Positions 24,500-36,934 of a stretch of 64,000 nt of DNA are shown piece after piece; positions within the stretch are counted from its first letter, which is position 1; every line of letters begins with the position of its first letter. Position numbers and translations under genes: made by a program. Source of the stretch: Lama guanicoe (lineage: Eukaryota); the NCBI GenBank assembly GCA_013239625.1, contig MU054187.1:6707757-6771756 (forward strand). The letters are read 5' to 3'. The notes beneath the pieces are model-generated. The model made no database searches. It was not told where the DNA came from and saw only the letters and a list, made by a program, of their open reading frames with translations.

Positions 24500-27170
24500 G
24501 AGAGGACGCTGAACACCCACCAGAATGGCTAAAACTAAGAAGATGGCAGCACCTGGAACCCCCACACACTGCCGGTGGGAGCGTAAATTAAATTGTACAA
24601 CCGCTCTGGAAATAGTTTGGCAGGTTTTTTTTTTCTTTTTTAAATAAAACTAAACATACACCTACCCTATAACCCACTCATTCTTCGCCATTTGCTCAAG
24701 AGAAATGAAGACATATGTCCACCAAAAGAAGAAAAAAACTGTCTACAACATTACAATATTCATAGACTGCTCTTCCTATGAGTCCAAACGGCCCAAGCAT
24801 CCACCAATAAACGAATGGCTTAACCCACAGTGCTACAGTCACACAAGGGACTTTCTGGCAATAAAAAGGAACAAGGGACTCATGTATGCAGCACGGACGA
24901 GCCTCAAAATTATGCTGAGTCAAAGAAGCCTTACGTAAAAAGTGCTGACAAGATGAAAGTCTAAAACAGACGATACAGACCGACGGCGAGAAAAGTCAGT
25001 GCAGTGGTTGCTCTGAGGACTGAGATGGCGATGATGAAGAGGGTTGAGAGACTTTCCTGGGGTGACGGAAACACTCTCCATCTTGGGCTGGGTTACACAG
25101 ATGTTTACACTTATAAAGACTCCTCAAATCGCACACTAGGATTCGTGCAATTCACTGTATGGGAGTATTACCTTGTTGGGGAGGGCAGGGACCATAACAA
25201 ATTTGAGCTTTAAGGACAGTCATGCATCAATGTTTAGAAACGAGACGTACTGATGTCTAAATCTCACTTTAAAGTGCATAAAAGAACAGTCTAATTGATG
25301 AGTATGACATAAAGCAAATATATTCAGTGTTAACCACCATAACATCGAGATGATGGGGCTCATTATACCATTCTTTCAGCTTCGGTGTATACTTTAATTT
25401 TTCCCTAATGTTAGTTTCAAAAAATATAAAGTACTTAGACTAAATTTAATAAAAGAACTGTATTACTTTTGAGTAAAACTATCAAAATTAATTGTTAAGA
25501 CTTACACCAGGAGGAAATTATACTACTTTTGTGTGCAGGAAGATTCAATATTGTATTTGTGTATTCGTCCCAAATGGTTCTATAAATTCAATACAAATCC
25601 AGTCAAAACCCTGAAATACTTTTCATGAAACTTACTTGATAAGCAGATTTTTTAAAATACAGACGTGGGTCAGTAAAGGTCCAAAACCAGTGAGGACGAT
25701 GGTGAAAAAGACCAGGAAGAAGGACTTGCCCCATCAGAGATGCTGTGGAGAGTGGCGGGCTGAGGTCCTGCCCCTCCACGCCAGGAACAAATCAGAGCCA
25801 CACGTGTGTCTACACACAGTAGGTGACACTGCGGACTAGTGTAGGAAGAAGACACTTCGACTAATAGTACAGGAAATTTTCATTATCCATTTTTTTAAAA
25901 AAAATACTGAATCAGATCCCTACCTCACAATATATACAATTAAATCTACAACCTGTGGTTTAGACATCTAAACATGAAAAGCAAAATTTAAGATATTTTA
26001 GAAAAAAAGTAGAGAATGTTTTATGATCTTATATAAGAAAGGATATCTTAAATAAAGCACAAGAGCATAAACCATAAAGTAGAAAATAGAAAAAAATGCT
26101 ACTATTAATATATTTTTAAAAATCTAAAAATTCTGTTCAATAAAATATACCACAGAAAATGACAGTGTGAGTAATCACAGACTAGGAGCTCTTTCCCGAA
26201 AATAATCAAGAGGTTCTGGATAAAGAAAGAAAACCCTACAAATCAAAACTAAAAATACCCAAAGAAACAAACCCTTAGAAAAACAGGCAAAATAGATAAA
26301 CAGGCAATTCACAGAAAAGGAAACACAAATGGCTATTCTCATTAGTTACCTCACTGGTGATCAGGAAAAGGCAAGTTTAAGACACAAAATACTACTTCAC
26401 ACCCACTAAACTTGCAAATATCAAAGCTCACCAAGTGTGGGCAATGCAGCTGCACTCACGAGGGGGTGGGAGTGCAAAGTGATACAATCACTTTGGGGTG
26501 AAAAAAAAAAGTCAACACATGCATTTGCTACGACCCAACAATTCTAATCCTAAATTATGCTCTAGGAAAACATTTAAACATGCACAAGGGGCTGGACAGA
26601 CACAAGAGTGTTTAGGGCAAGAGTGTTCAAAAGAAAAAATGCAACAAGCCAAGTTGGACACCAGGATGGCCAATCAAAAAATGGCACCTTCATACACTGA
26701 ATATGTTCATACAGTGAATACATTTATAAGAAAACAAAGAGCTCGAATTTGGTAGCATCTCAAACAAATAGTGTCAAATTAGTACGCCACGTACGAGTCT
26801 ATGCATAAAACTTTTAACATGTGCTAAACAAGTATACACAAATATACACAGGGAAATAGATAATATCTCCTAAGCAGTTTTCACAGATACAGCATTTAGC
26901 AATAAATGTATTTTAGACAAATGGAAACACAGTATATAAGGTGCAACACAACATGTATTATGTGCGTGTTATATATTATCAAGAAATGCATGAGAATGAT
27001 TATCACCAAGTGTAGGCGTGGTTGGAAGGTACAACACAGGAGAGGAGAAACCAAGAATGCGGTAACATTTTACATCCTCACCTGTGTGGTGGATACACTG
27101 GAACCACTACATTACTCTTTCTACCTATTTATACATCTTAATATGTAATATTTCAAATAGGTAACAGTTT
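24500..27170 (+). mobile_element. Cluster of ancient L1M fragments (ORF2 3' part and 3' UTR remnants)
   Basis: cacccaccagaatggctaaaa, aaactaaacatacacctaccctataaccca, caagagaaatgaagacatatgtccac, gatccctacctcacaatatatac, aaacaggcaattcacagaaaaggaaac. Confidence 0.7.
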
Positions 27171-29917
27171 TAAAGAGCAGCACATAGAAATATTTCTATT
27201 CTAAAAGTTAGAGAGATGGCTCTCCACCAAAAAGCATGAAATAGTTTATAAACACTTTATAAAATTCAGTAAGTGACAAGCATCTTATTCAAACTGATCT
27301 AACCGAAAGAAAGGAAAAGTTAAATGCTAGGTGTTCTTTCAACAAACACGTACAACACAGACTTTTATTTTCATGTAAGGGGAAAAAAATAACTTCCAAA
27401 TAAAATCTACCTGTGAAGCTAAGACCATAAAGGCTTTCGAGTATACCAATTCAGGAAAATTGAAATGAAACAGAGTGGGGAAGACAGGGGGAGAAACTGT
27501 ATGCGAGCAACATAATAAGCAGGAACCAGAGTCAGACAGAGGACAGGACAACAAAATCGCACTGAGCCTGCGCTATGGGATCACAGCAAAGGCTGTCAAA
27601 TCAATATAAAACATGAAAAAAGGCAGTTACACAATCTTGGTTATGGGATAAAATTATTTTCTCAATATCCTCTCACTTCAAAATGAAGACTGAGGCCTGC
27701 TGGCTTCACAGAATGAGTCACAGGGTTAAATCTGTAGGAACACACCCAGGAGAAAAATGCTGGCATCTCTCCAGCAATCGTGGTTTCCACTCTGCTCTAA
27801 CTGGACCCCCCTCCTCCCCCACCCCCAGCCCCACTCCCTCTGGAGCACAGAGAGCCTCTATGACAGGTGATGACACTCACACCACAGCCAGGACGACCAG
27901 GCAAACCACCTGGGTCTCACAGGGTGCCAAAGAACGGCCCCAACCCTTCAAAAGATCTTATGTAACTAAGTTTTCTGAAGATTTATTCACCGAGTAAGCT
28001 CAAATTTTCCTGTGAGTCTAATAAGTTACCTAGAGCAAACATGTCCTCACCATCATCAGTCTGATCAGTGATCTGCCATGAAGGGATACCCATATCAGCC
28101 AAAGATAACCAGGACACATCCCTGAAAACACAAATATTAAGTGCAGACCAAATGCCTGAAGCCCGCTCATTAAAAATTAATAATGACTGACAAGCAAATA
28201 CCACCTTGACTCCCAGCACTCCCAGAAGAAAGTGAAATGGTTAAAGCACTAGACTCCAAAACCGGTGCCCCTACGGTGGCACACAGAGAAGAGGAAGCAA
28301 TGAACATCTTCATCTCTGGTCCTCTAGGAGAAACGGCCAGATGTGCAGGGCTACGCCAGACACGCGTCTGCCCAGCCCTACACCCATGGGTGCAGTGCTG
28401 TGCGCACGACGCTCGGGCAGCAGATACTGAAAAACAGGAGCCAGTCCGGGCACCCCCACGTCTCCCAACGGATGGCTGAGGCTTTCTTTAGAAATCCAAG
28501 TAAACTGTACATGGGCTGTATATGCATACAAGGTTTATTAAAGGAACATTAATTTTAAAACGTATCTGCATCTCAGTACAGAGTGAAGTTAAATCTGTAG
28601 GAGATGCAGAAGTATCCAAGACACAAAGTAAGTTGCGTATTTTCGGGATATTAAAACACTGTGCTGGGGTAGCATCCAAAGGCTAAAATGTATCTGAGCT
28701 CTAGTAAGAAAAAAATAACGTTACAGATCTCGGATTAGAGGATAAATCCGCAACTTGAAGGCTGATGGGCAGATGGGATACTTACTGCCCCCTCCACCAC
28801 CGAGGTAGATAGAAATGTGTCAAGTGGTACTCAAGGCCCAGGATAAACACCGCCTCTAGAAAATCCATTTCACTTAAAACAGATGCCACAGGATGTAGTA
28901 GAAAATGGTTTCTTTAAATGAATCATTAAAGAATGTTCAAACCTGCAATAACCTGCTTAGCTCTACGGCCTTACACACGCTCCGAAGTTCGTACTCAACT
29001 TACCACTGGAGGTACTTGCATGAAAATATCTGAGAAACACAAAGACATGTAAAATTGCTTTTAGGGCCATCACAACTGATTAACTCTTTCCATATGAGAG
29101 ACGGATTAGAAATTTTGGTGACCTGCCACATGGTTTTTAAATGGATACAAATCCCAGTCATCGGACTTTTCCAAACTACATTGCCTTTGTGGAGAAAAAA
29201 GGTTTATTCTACTGGGACCAGAGAGCTCAGGGGTTAAACTCTGATACTAACTAAAAATCAAGTGGACAGCCCACATGACCCTTTATCCACATGACCCTGT
29301 TGGTAACTGGCTGAAAATGAAAACCTCTCATTTTCTAGTAATCTGAGACACACGATTTTACAGCAAAGCTAAAACATAGATCTCTTCTTTTACTTTCTAA
29401 GCCCAATACAGGTGCATACGTTTGGTCCTCTTAAAACTGTGTTCAAGAATTCCCTCAGAACATTTTTCAGCAGTAAGTTTTCTGTGATCTGGCCAGGTGG
29501 TCGAATGCTGCTCACCTGAACATGAAACAGAGAGCACAGTTCCTACAGCGGAGGAATTAAGGCCCTCCTATCTTTTCCTTCTGGAATGACTAACAGAGGA
29601 TTAAGCAACTGGCCCGAACCGCCAGTCTCCGGCTACAGAAAGGGTACTTCCCCCAAGGCCTCCTCATTCAAGGGAGCCAGAAGGCATCAGCAATGTATTG
29701 TATCTGTTAACTACCGAGGAATCTAAGAGCTACTGAAAGTAGAAAGAAAGAAAAAAAATTTCTAAATGATTAACACCCACCAAATATATCTGCGAATGCA
29801 TACATTTTACAGATATGAATGCATTTAATCCTAAATAAGATGACTGCCTAAATAAGTAAGATTGCTAGGGACCAACTCTTACTACTAAGCTGCAAATCTA
29901 GAGACTTTGGCTGAGCA

Positions 29918-30009
29918 GTTTGTTTGTTTTGATGGAGGTATTGGGGATTGAGCCCAGGACCTCGCACATGCTAAGCATGAGCTCTACCACTGAGCTATAC
30001 CCACCTCCC
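29918..30009 (-). mobile_element. tRNA-derived camelid-type SINE (vic-1-like, short form)
   Basis: Minus strand gggaggtgggtatagctcagtggtagagctcatgcttagcatgtgcgaggtcctgggctcaatccccaatacctcc plus (AAAC) tail. Flanking direct repeat tggctgag at 29908-29915 and 30010-30017. Confidence 0.9.
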
Positions 30010-33000
30010 TGGCTGAGTGTTTTTAAGTAGTTGTCCATCAGCGGTTCTGAGTAGATACAGGACTGATTATACCAAAAACTAGCTGGTTACATAATCTGAA
30101 GCTTCAACTTGAACGAGGAAAAAGTATTCCACAGCGACACCTACCGGTAAAACGTGATATAGTGGCAACACAATATTACAAAGTCAGATGTTTACATCCC
30201 TGTAGCAAATGAGAAGCTACCGTTAAAGAATGAATGATACTTAAAAGGGAAAACCTAAACAAAAATGTTATACATTCCAGTGTCTGTAACTACAAAATAA
30301 GTCCAAAAGCACATCACGATCCTTCTCAACCAAAGAATTTCAAATCAATAAAGCTGAAAGAGGTTCCTCCTGGCCCCAAATGGCCAAGCAAGTCAATTTT
30401 TTATATGCTAGTTAAGGGTAAGATGTCCAACTTATTCATGTTTCTTTTATATTTTAAAGAATAAAACGGAAAAGGTAAAATTGAGTTCTTCAAAAAAACT
30501 AGGCAGTTTATCTGCTTTCAATTTAAGTTGAAGACTTAAATGAAAAGCAGACACCTGCTTTAAAAAAATCTAAGTGTTACATAAATCCCCAAAGCTCCAG
30601 CTTCAAAACATCACGTTTCCATAAAATGATCACCGAGATAAACAGGCCAGATAATCACATTTTCCCTAAAATGCAAGCTTCAAAGGGCTGGGTCTTTCAC
30701 ACCACACTTCCATACAAAAGTTTAAGAAATAATGTGATCAATGCCATCATCAGCTTCAGACTTTTAATGCAAAACATGTCAAAAAACATACTATCTGAGC
30801 CCATATACTTCTTCTCAAACTAAAATTTCAAAGGTGACTGCTTCAAACTTAATTTTAGTCAAAGAAAATGTAATCGGTGACATGACAAAAGCATACTTTT
30901 CTTAAATAACTAGGCTCAGTATGCCAGACAGCCAAAAGGAAACTTGAAAGATAATCTACTTCAACTTCAAGACTCCCATAAAATCTTACAATTAGAGATT
31001 TTAGAGAACCTCAAATCCAGGATTATGGTATAATGAATGAACAACAGAAAATCTGGGTTTAGTCTGGATCATCCATTAACTAGCTGGGTTTCCTAGAACT
31101 CTATGACCGTTAATGAACCAGACAATCTTTCTGGGCATTAATTTCCTCATCTGTGAGACTGGAGAAGGGAGATGAATGGGATTCACGGTAAAGCTACTGC
31201 TAAAATTTCTTCAGCTTCTATGGTTTCCCCAGCACAGGGAATTGATTTGGGCATCAATGTCTACACATCAATGATCCAATAAATATAGCTACAAAAGAGA
31301 AGTGGCATGACCTTTCCGGTATACCCTGCTATAAGCCAGTATAAATAGAATCACACTTTCACACTGCGGTGTAACTGTTCACGACTGAGAGAATAGGACC
31401 TCCTTTCCTTCTCCAGTGCCTTCTACCTGGCACACAGTCAGAACTCAGTATTTACTCAAAAAAAAAAAAAAAGCAGCAGCAGAGAAAGAATACTTGTTAT
31501 GTAACACGTAAGACCAACTCTTTGAATGATTGGGGTTTTTTTTCTAGTAATACAGGCACTTCTCTCTTTTACATATTCTCTTTTATATACTATGTCTATT
31601 TCATGACAGTTATAGAATTGATGTGCAAAACGCTTAAAAGGCTATAGATCCTCAAATGTGGACAGAACTTGCTCTAAAATGCCTGAATGTGAAAGTCGGA
31701 ATATGTTCACTTAGTTCCTAACATTTCCTAAATTTATGACCCACCTGTTAAAACTGGTTCAGTTACTGAACCACTGGGGGTGGGAATACAATACACACTT
31801 CCCTATACTCATTCTTACCAATACCAGACCACGTACAGCCACTTCTTCAGATGCAGCCAGCCCTCCCATGACCACAAAGGACAAAATGGGACAAAGATGT
31901 GGTTCACTTGTAAACGGTAACAGAAAACTTTTGAAAACAATTAACATTAGAGTCTGGTTTGTCGGTTTTCTCTGCTAGGTGCTTAAGCTGCAGGATGGCT
32001 CTTCTCATTTAGAAACTTGGGAAAGTGTGGCCAGAGCCGCCTGATACAGTTCATCTACCCTTCTGCCTGTTTAAGTAAACCGACTGTCATTTGAGGGCAA
32101 GTGACAAAGGAACACAAACTTGACTTCTGCCAAGGGTGAATTAATATTGCTTTTAAATTGAAACTGTGTGTACCTTTTTTCCCTTTACGGTACAAATATT
32201 AGGTTTCAGAATGTAAATGTATGCAGTGATTTTAACTGAACTGCTTTCACCATTTAAATGTACGCAAATCAAATGTACTTTGATTCACGAATCAAATATT
32301 TACTAAACATATATTAAGGGACAGACCCACTCTAGGAGTTGGAATAGGAATGAACACAAGGGAGTAACACAGGAAGGCAATACACGTGAAAATAAATAAG
32401 GTAACTTCAGACAGTGACAAGTGCTATTTTATAAAGATGGTTCTTTTAAGTATGACTATAGTTATCCGATTTACTTTTTTGATATACATAACTACACTAC
32501 ATGTAGACCTCAGGAAACAGGATCTAAATTATTTCAAAAAGAAAAGTTTACAGGTCACATTCAATACACATGTGTATTGCAGTTTCAATATCCTAAATAT
32601 GAGTCAAAAGAATTATAAAAAGAACCCAAGAACCACTGAAATATGAGATGAAACAGATTTAAAACATCTGTTCTCTCTTTGCTGGGTAAGCACAGGGAGG
32701 AGAAAGGTGAATATCCAATAGATTTTTTTTTTAAAGATAAGACAAAGAGGAAAAACAGAGACGCTCGCCCAGTATTCTACCGTATTCTGTGATACTTTAA
32801 AGGCAACTATAACGCACGTTAAGAAAGTTAATTAAGGCAAAAATATTTAAAGTAATCTCCAAGAACATTTCAATCACTCCTCCCTCCACACACACCCCTG
32901 CAGCCCTCACAGAATATTCTCTTTTTCAGTTGCTCTTAAAAGCTGCTGGTTTGGCAGGAACTTATTTTCTCTGACTTTGGCTCCTTTCCAAATGCCCCAA

Positions 33001-33323
33001 AATATGCACGGCAAAGGTAAATCGTTTCTCTTACTCCCATCAATTCCAAGGAAAGCAAAGAGTCTTTCCATAGAGCCCCCATCTTGGCTGCGCCGTGCAG
33101 CTGAGGGATCAGCCGGGAAGGGGCTCCCCGGCGTGACCAACCCGAGGCCGCGGACCCCGCTCCGCCCGGCCCCTCCAGGCCCACCGAGCGCGGCCTCCGC
33201 CCCGCGCCCAGAGGAGCAACGGCACGGAGGATGGAGGAGACGCGCGGCGCATCTGGGGAGCCGGCCCCGCAGCGCCCGCCGCCCGGGCCCCACCCCCAGA
33301 GCCGGCCCCGGAGCGCCTCTGAC

Positions 33324-33444
33324 CTCTCCGGGCCCCGGGGCTGCTGCTGCCGCCGCTGGTGGAGCTGCTCAGGCTGCTGGAGCCGCCGCCGCTGCTGCTG
33401 CTGCTGTTGCCGCCGCCGCCCTTGGCATTCTTGCGCGGGGCCAT
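33324..33444 (-). CDS. ASPH: ASPH coding exon 1 (P1 isoforms: aspartyl/asparaginyl beta-hydroxylase, humbug); cytoplasmic N-terminus MAPRKNAKGGGGNSSSSSGGGSSSLSSSTSGGSSSPGARR+G
   Basis: Minus strand gcgcgccATGG (strong Kozak) at 33444. 121 nt = 40 codons + 1 nt, then donor G|gtcaga at 33323. The phase-1 junction with exon 2 gives GAG (E). Resembles the mammalian ASPH N-terminus MA(Q/P)RKNAK...SSSPGARRE. Confidence 0.96.
33340..33420 (-). repeat. Coding (AGC/GGC)n imperfect triplet repeat in ASPH exon 1
   Basis: Plus strand ctgctgctgccgccgctg...ccgccgccgctgctgctgctgctgttgccgccgccgcc; encodes a Gly/Ser tract. Confidence 0.9.
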
Positions 33445-33864
33445 GGCGCGCACCGCTGCAGCAGGCGAGGGGTGGGGGGCTCCCTCGGTGCGCGGGGGCC
33501 GCGGGGGGCGCTGATGGCGGCGGGCGCTGCAGCGGGTGCGAGTCGCGGCTCCTGCAGCAGCGCCTGCGTCTCGGCACCGCCCGCAGCGCCTCTGAGGATT
33601 TTCGCCCGCGTGCCTCCTGCGCGCGCCCGGCCCTCGCGTGTGCCCAACTGGTGACTACCCTCCCGGCGCGAGAGCGCGCCGCTCTCCTGCCCCTCGGCCA
33701 CGCCCCTTCCCGGCTGAGCCCCGCCCCTGCCCTCCCGTGGAAAGCTAAGTGACGGAGCATGGAGCCAATCACAATGGCTCCTGTGATGGGGCGGAACACT
33801 GCCGCGCTTCCCCGCCCCCTGCAGACTCAGGGCCGTTCTGGCGCGACGCAGCCGTCCGGGAGCG

Positions 33865-33936
33865 CGAGCCGCTTTCGACTTTCCAGTCTGTCCCGGTCCT
33901 TTGGAACGTGGCAAACGTGGAAGGCGAGCGGGCTCT
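33865..33936 (+). ncRNA. Hairpin resembling human mir-4470 (putative ortholog; expression and miRNA status unverified)
   Basis: 72-nt imperfect inverted repeat gagccgc..tttcca gtctgtc / ggcaaac g tggaagg..gcgggctc. 33909-33929 tggcaaacgtggaaggcgagc resembles my recollection of hsa-miR-4470 (UGGCAAACGUGGAAGCCGAGA), which lies in the ASPH promoter in human. Confidence 0.55.
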
Positions 33937-35064
33937 CGCGAGCGTTGGCTGACCCCGTATAATCGGGATGGGGCGGGGCGCGGGGGCGGGGTCGGCGACA
34001 CGTGTGCAGCGTCCAGTCGGAGCCCACTGCCTCTTGGCCTTTCACCGAAATTTTGTTCCTCTCCGGGTTTCCTGTACACAGACATCAAGAGATGCAATCC
34101 CCCTTCTTGCGAAAGAAATGTGTTTCTTGTCAGTATTGAGACATTTCTGAAATGGTGATGGTAGCAGAAATTAAATGGTTAAGCCACACGTAATTGATCC
34201 GTTCGGTTTTACAGCAGGAGTTCATTCGTGCCATCAGCAAGTTCGGACGATCTTAAGACAGACGTAAATGTAAAACAAAAAGTTCATTTTCTTGCCCTGC
34301 ATGGCACCATGTATCTGAAATCTCTCTTCGCTGGGCTGAAGCCTACGTTTATCTTCCTATGTTGTCCCCAACTGTGGTTCCCCGTGCAGCCACAGATTGC
34401 CTGGGCTCCGGCTCCCTCTGAATTGCGCGTGTGATCTTAAAAATATCTGGGTCCCTGGGTGAGCCAGACGGGGACTTGAGGCAGGGATGTCATCATCATC
34501 TTTGGGTCGCCAATGGCCTGCGCAATGCTTGGTGTGTAACAGACAAGCCAGACATGTTGGGTGATTTGCTACATTTCTGGTTAAATTCTTAACGCTGTCA
34601 CCAATTCTTGACCGTGTTTCAGAGGAACCAGAGACACGGTTGCAGTGTGGCATCTGCTTTTATTCCTCTTCTCCAGCCAGCCACCCCGCATTGGCGGGTC
34701 CCTGGACTCACTCGCTTCTTCTACTGCGAATAGCCCCCCGCAATTGTCCACTTTCTAGTGATACACAGAAATCCACAGAGAGCCGTGTTGCGTAAAGAGG
34801 GGAAGGCCTCTCTTTTTTGTGAAACAGTGGTAGATAGTTATCAAGATAGAGCAGGGGCAGGGAATCTCACAGTTTTTACTGAAGCAACTCTTTGGGGGTT
34901 TATCTAATAGTATCTCCTGCCTTCACACATCCTGTCTCCCGTAGGCCCCCTTAGGCGTGGAAAGCTGGGCTAAGAGACTAAGCGATAGAACTTAATTTAA
35001 ACTAATGAAAGTAAGCTGAGAAAACAGCTGATGATATTTGAACTCTTAAATTCCGACAAAACTC

Positions 35065-35204
35065 TGTTATTGTGTCCATTTTTAAAGGATGAGGTAACTC
35101 AGGTCCAGAGAGGTTAAATAAAGTAAGGAGGTCCACAGAGCCAGTAAGTGATGGAGCAGGGATATGAACTCCGTCCAACTGGCTCCAGAGCCCGTGGTTC
35201 AAAC
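35065..35204 (-). mobile_element. MIR SINE
   Basis: ccatttttaaaggatgaggtaactcaggtccagagaggttaaataa...cacagagccagtaagtgatggagcagggatatgaac. Confidence 0.8.
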
Positions 35205-36770
35205 TCTCCTTCTAGGACAAGGCTTCGTTTTAAGCAAAGAATGTCTCACTGATTTCTTCTTTTACCGAACGTCTCCCCAAAGCCTGCTTGGTCCTACCTG
35301 CAAAGATGGGTCTGAAACCTGATAGTGGGTACTTATCCAGATTCACCTCTTTGAGGAACTCAAGTTTCTTTGATAACTGACTCCACAATGTCATGAAACG
35401 ATGTTTTGCTCCTGCATTTCCAGAAACCAAATCTGGTACCATTGACAAGGTACATTGCTGTGCATCGTAGGCAGTACCAAGCCAAGACAGTGACTTTATA
35501 AATACATATCACAGGACGTTAGAGGTTTCCTGACTTCCTCTTTCAAATACAAGGTAACAGCTACAATGACATTTATACACTCAGTATTACAAAATAAAAC
35601 TTACAACAAGGTTCATGACATTAGATATTTTCAGCTATATACAGTTTAGTTTCAGGGACTAAATTCCTGCACGCTAAGTACCAATATTATACAATTTGCA
35701 TCTGTTTATACTTCCCTCCTTATGAGCATTAAAAAACACAAAGTTTGTACCTTGAAACTGTGAATTTCTTTACATAGGTCTTTTTCTCGGCATTGGGTCA
35801 AAGGAAGTTAGGGTATCTTTGAAATTAAACATTTCTGTGATTTCTGAGTAAGCTATGAATGAACCCTGGGTGAAGCAATGTTAGAAGGACCATAAAGACA
35901 AGACCTAACTAGGACAATGTATTAAAATATTAATTTAATAGAGCTTTTGAACTAGGCCAAATGTGCCTTTCAGATATTTCCACAAACTTTCCATTGTCTT
36001 CACCACTGGGATTTACAAGTCAGAACTTGAGGACAAGACTTGTCCTAGTTGTTTTTTTTCCCTTGTGTTGATCCTTCACAACCTCCAGTTAAATGCTTTC
36101 CAAATTAAGTATTTCTGGACTTACATATAGCTACTAAAACACTGTTTTTTAAGTTGCATTTTTTACCTGCTTCCTAGACAATGGCTCTCATTTTTATGCA
36201 GTCTTCCTAATGTGAAATTTTATAGGTGCAAACTAAAAATGAACATTTCCCTGTCTTTATTTATCATGGTAAACTCTGCCACAGTAGAAAAAATGAATTT
36301 TGACTTATCATGATGTGATTCGGTTGTGTGTTTTCATTTTACACTAATAGAATTTGTTGCAGTGGAAGGCTATGTTGGTAAACCCAAGAACATTTTAAAG
36401 ACATTCTGTGCTCAAAGTGTTCTCAAAGCAATTATTCCCGTATGAGTTATATTTCAACAAGTAAATAAGCTGTCATTTTCATCAAACAGTTTGACTTTGT
36501 ACTACCGTAGAAAAAATAAGCCTGGCTAACATCTATGTTATAAATACATAGAATGACTTTATAAAGAAGAAGTAATTTAAAATCTAGTCAAAAATAGATA
36601 AGAATCTGAAATACTGTTATGATATAGAAAAATAATCTGAAAACATATTAGCTAAGAAACCGATAGTTCTTTTTTTCATTTCAATTCTTTACATTTTCTA
36701 TCAGGATTGGTGGTACTTAGTACCAAATTCTCTCCCTAATAAATAGCATTTAAGTAATAGCTATTTCTAA

Positions 36771-36934
36771 TAGCTTTATGTTTTATTTATTATTATATTA
36801 TTTAGTTATTTTACTTTGGTGGGGGAAGTAATTAAGTTCATTTATCTTTTTTGGAGGAGGTACTGGGGATTGAACCTAGGACCTCCTGCATGTTAAGCAT
36901 GGGCTCTACCACTTGAGCTTACTCTCCCCCCATG
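36771..36934 (-). mobile_element. tRNA-derived camelid-type SINE (vic-1-like) with a 19-bp TSD
   Basis: Minus strand ggggggagagtaagctcaagtggtagagcccatgcttaacatgcaggaggtcctaggttcaatccccagtacctcc. Perfect direct repeat aagtaatagctatttctaa at 36752-36770 and 36935-36953. Confidence 0.92.

Larger units (their letters stand above)
1..33700 (-). other. ASPH: ASPH gene, 5' portion (exon 1, intron 1 containing exon 1a, exon 2, start of next intron); continues past the left edge; 5' boundary approximate
   Basis: Three coding exons with canonical GT/AG sites and compatible phases that splice to the recognisable ASPH and junctin/junctate N-termini. The TSS is estimated from the position of the GC/CCAAT boxes. 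Confidence 0.95.
33060..34070. promoter_or_regulatory. CpG island and TATA-less P1 promoter of ASPH
   Basis: Very GC/CpG-rich and spans exon 1. Motifs: GC/KLF boxes ggccacgcccc 33696-33706, gccccgcccc 33718-33727, ggggcgg 33788-33794, ccccgcccc 33810-33818 and ggggcgggg x2 at 33970-33991; NF-Y box agccaatca 33763-33771; E-box cacgtg 33999-34004; tctcgcgag 33934-33942. Confidence 0.9.

Noticed and set aside
29930..30009. tRNA-like sequence (A and B boxes)
   Set aside because: It is the head of a SINE with an A-rich tail, flanking direct repeats and several diverged copies in the window, not a tRNA gene.
32907..34158. Several long overlapping ORFs (up to 287 aa) on both strands
   Set aside because: Expected from stop-codon scarcity in a CpG island; low-complexity Ala/Arg/Pro/Gly products with no recognisable domain. 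Only the 33324-33444 frame matches ASPH.
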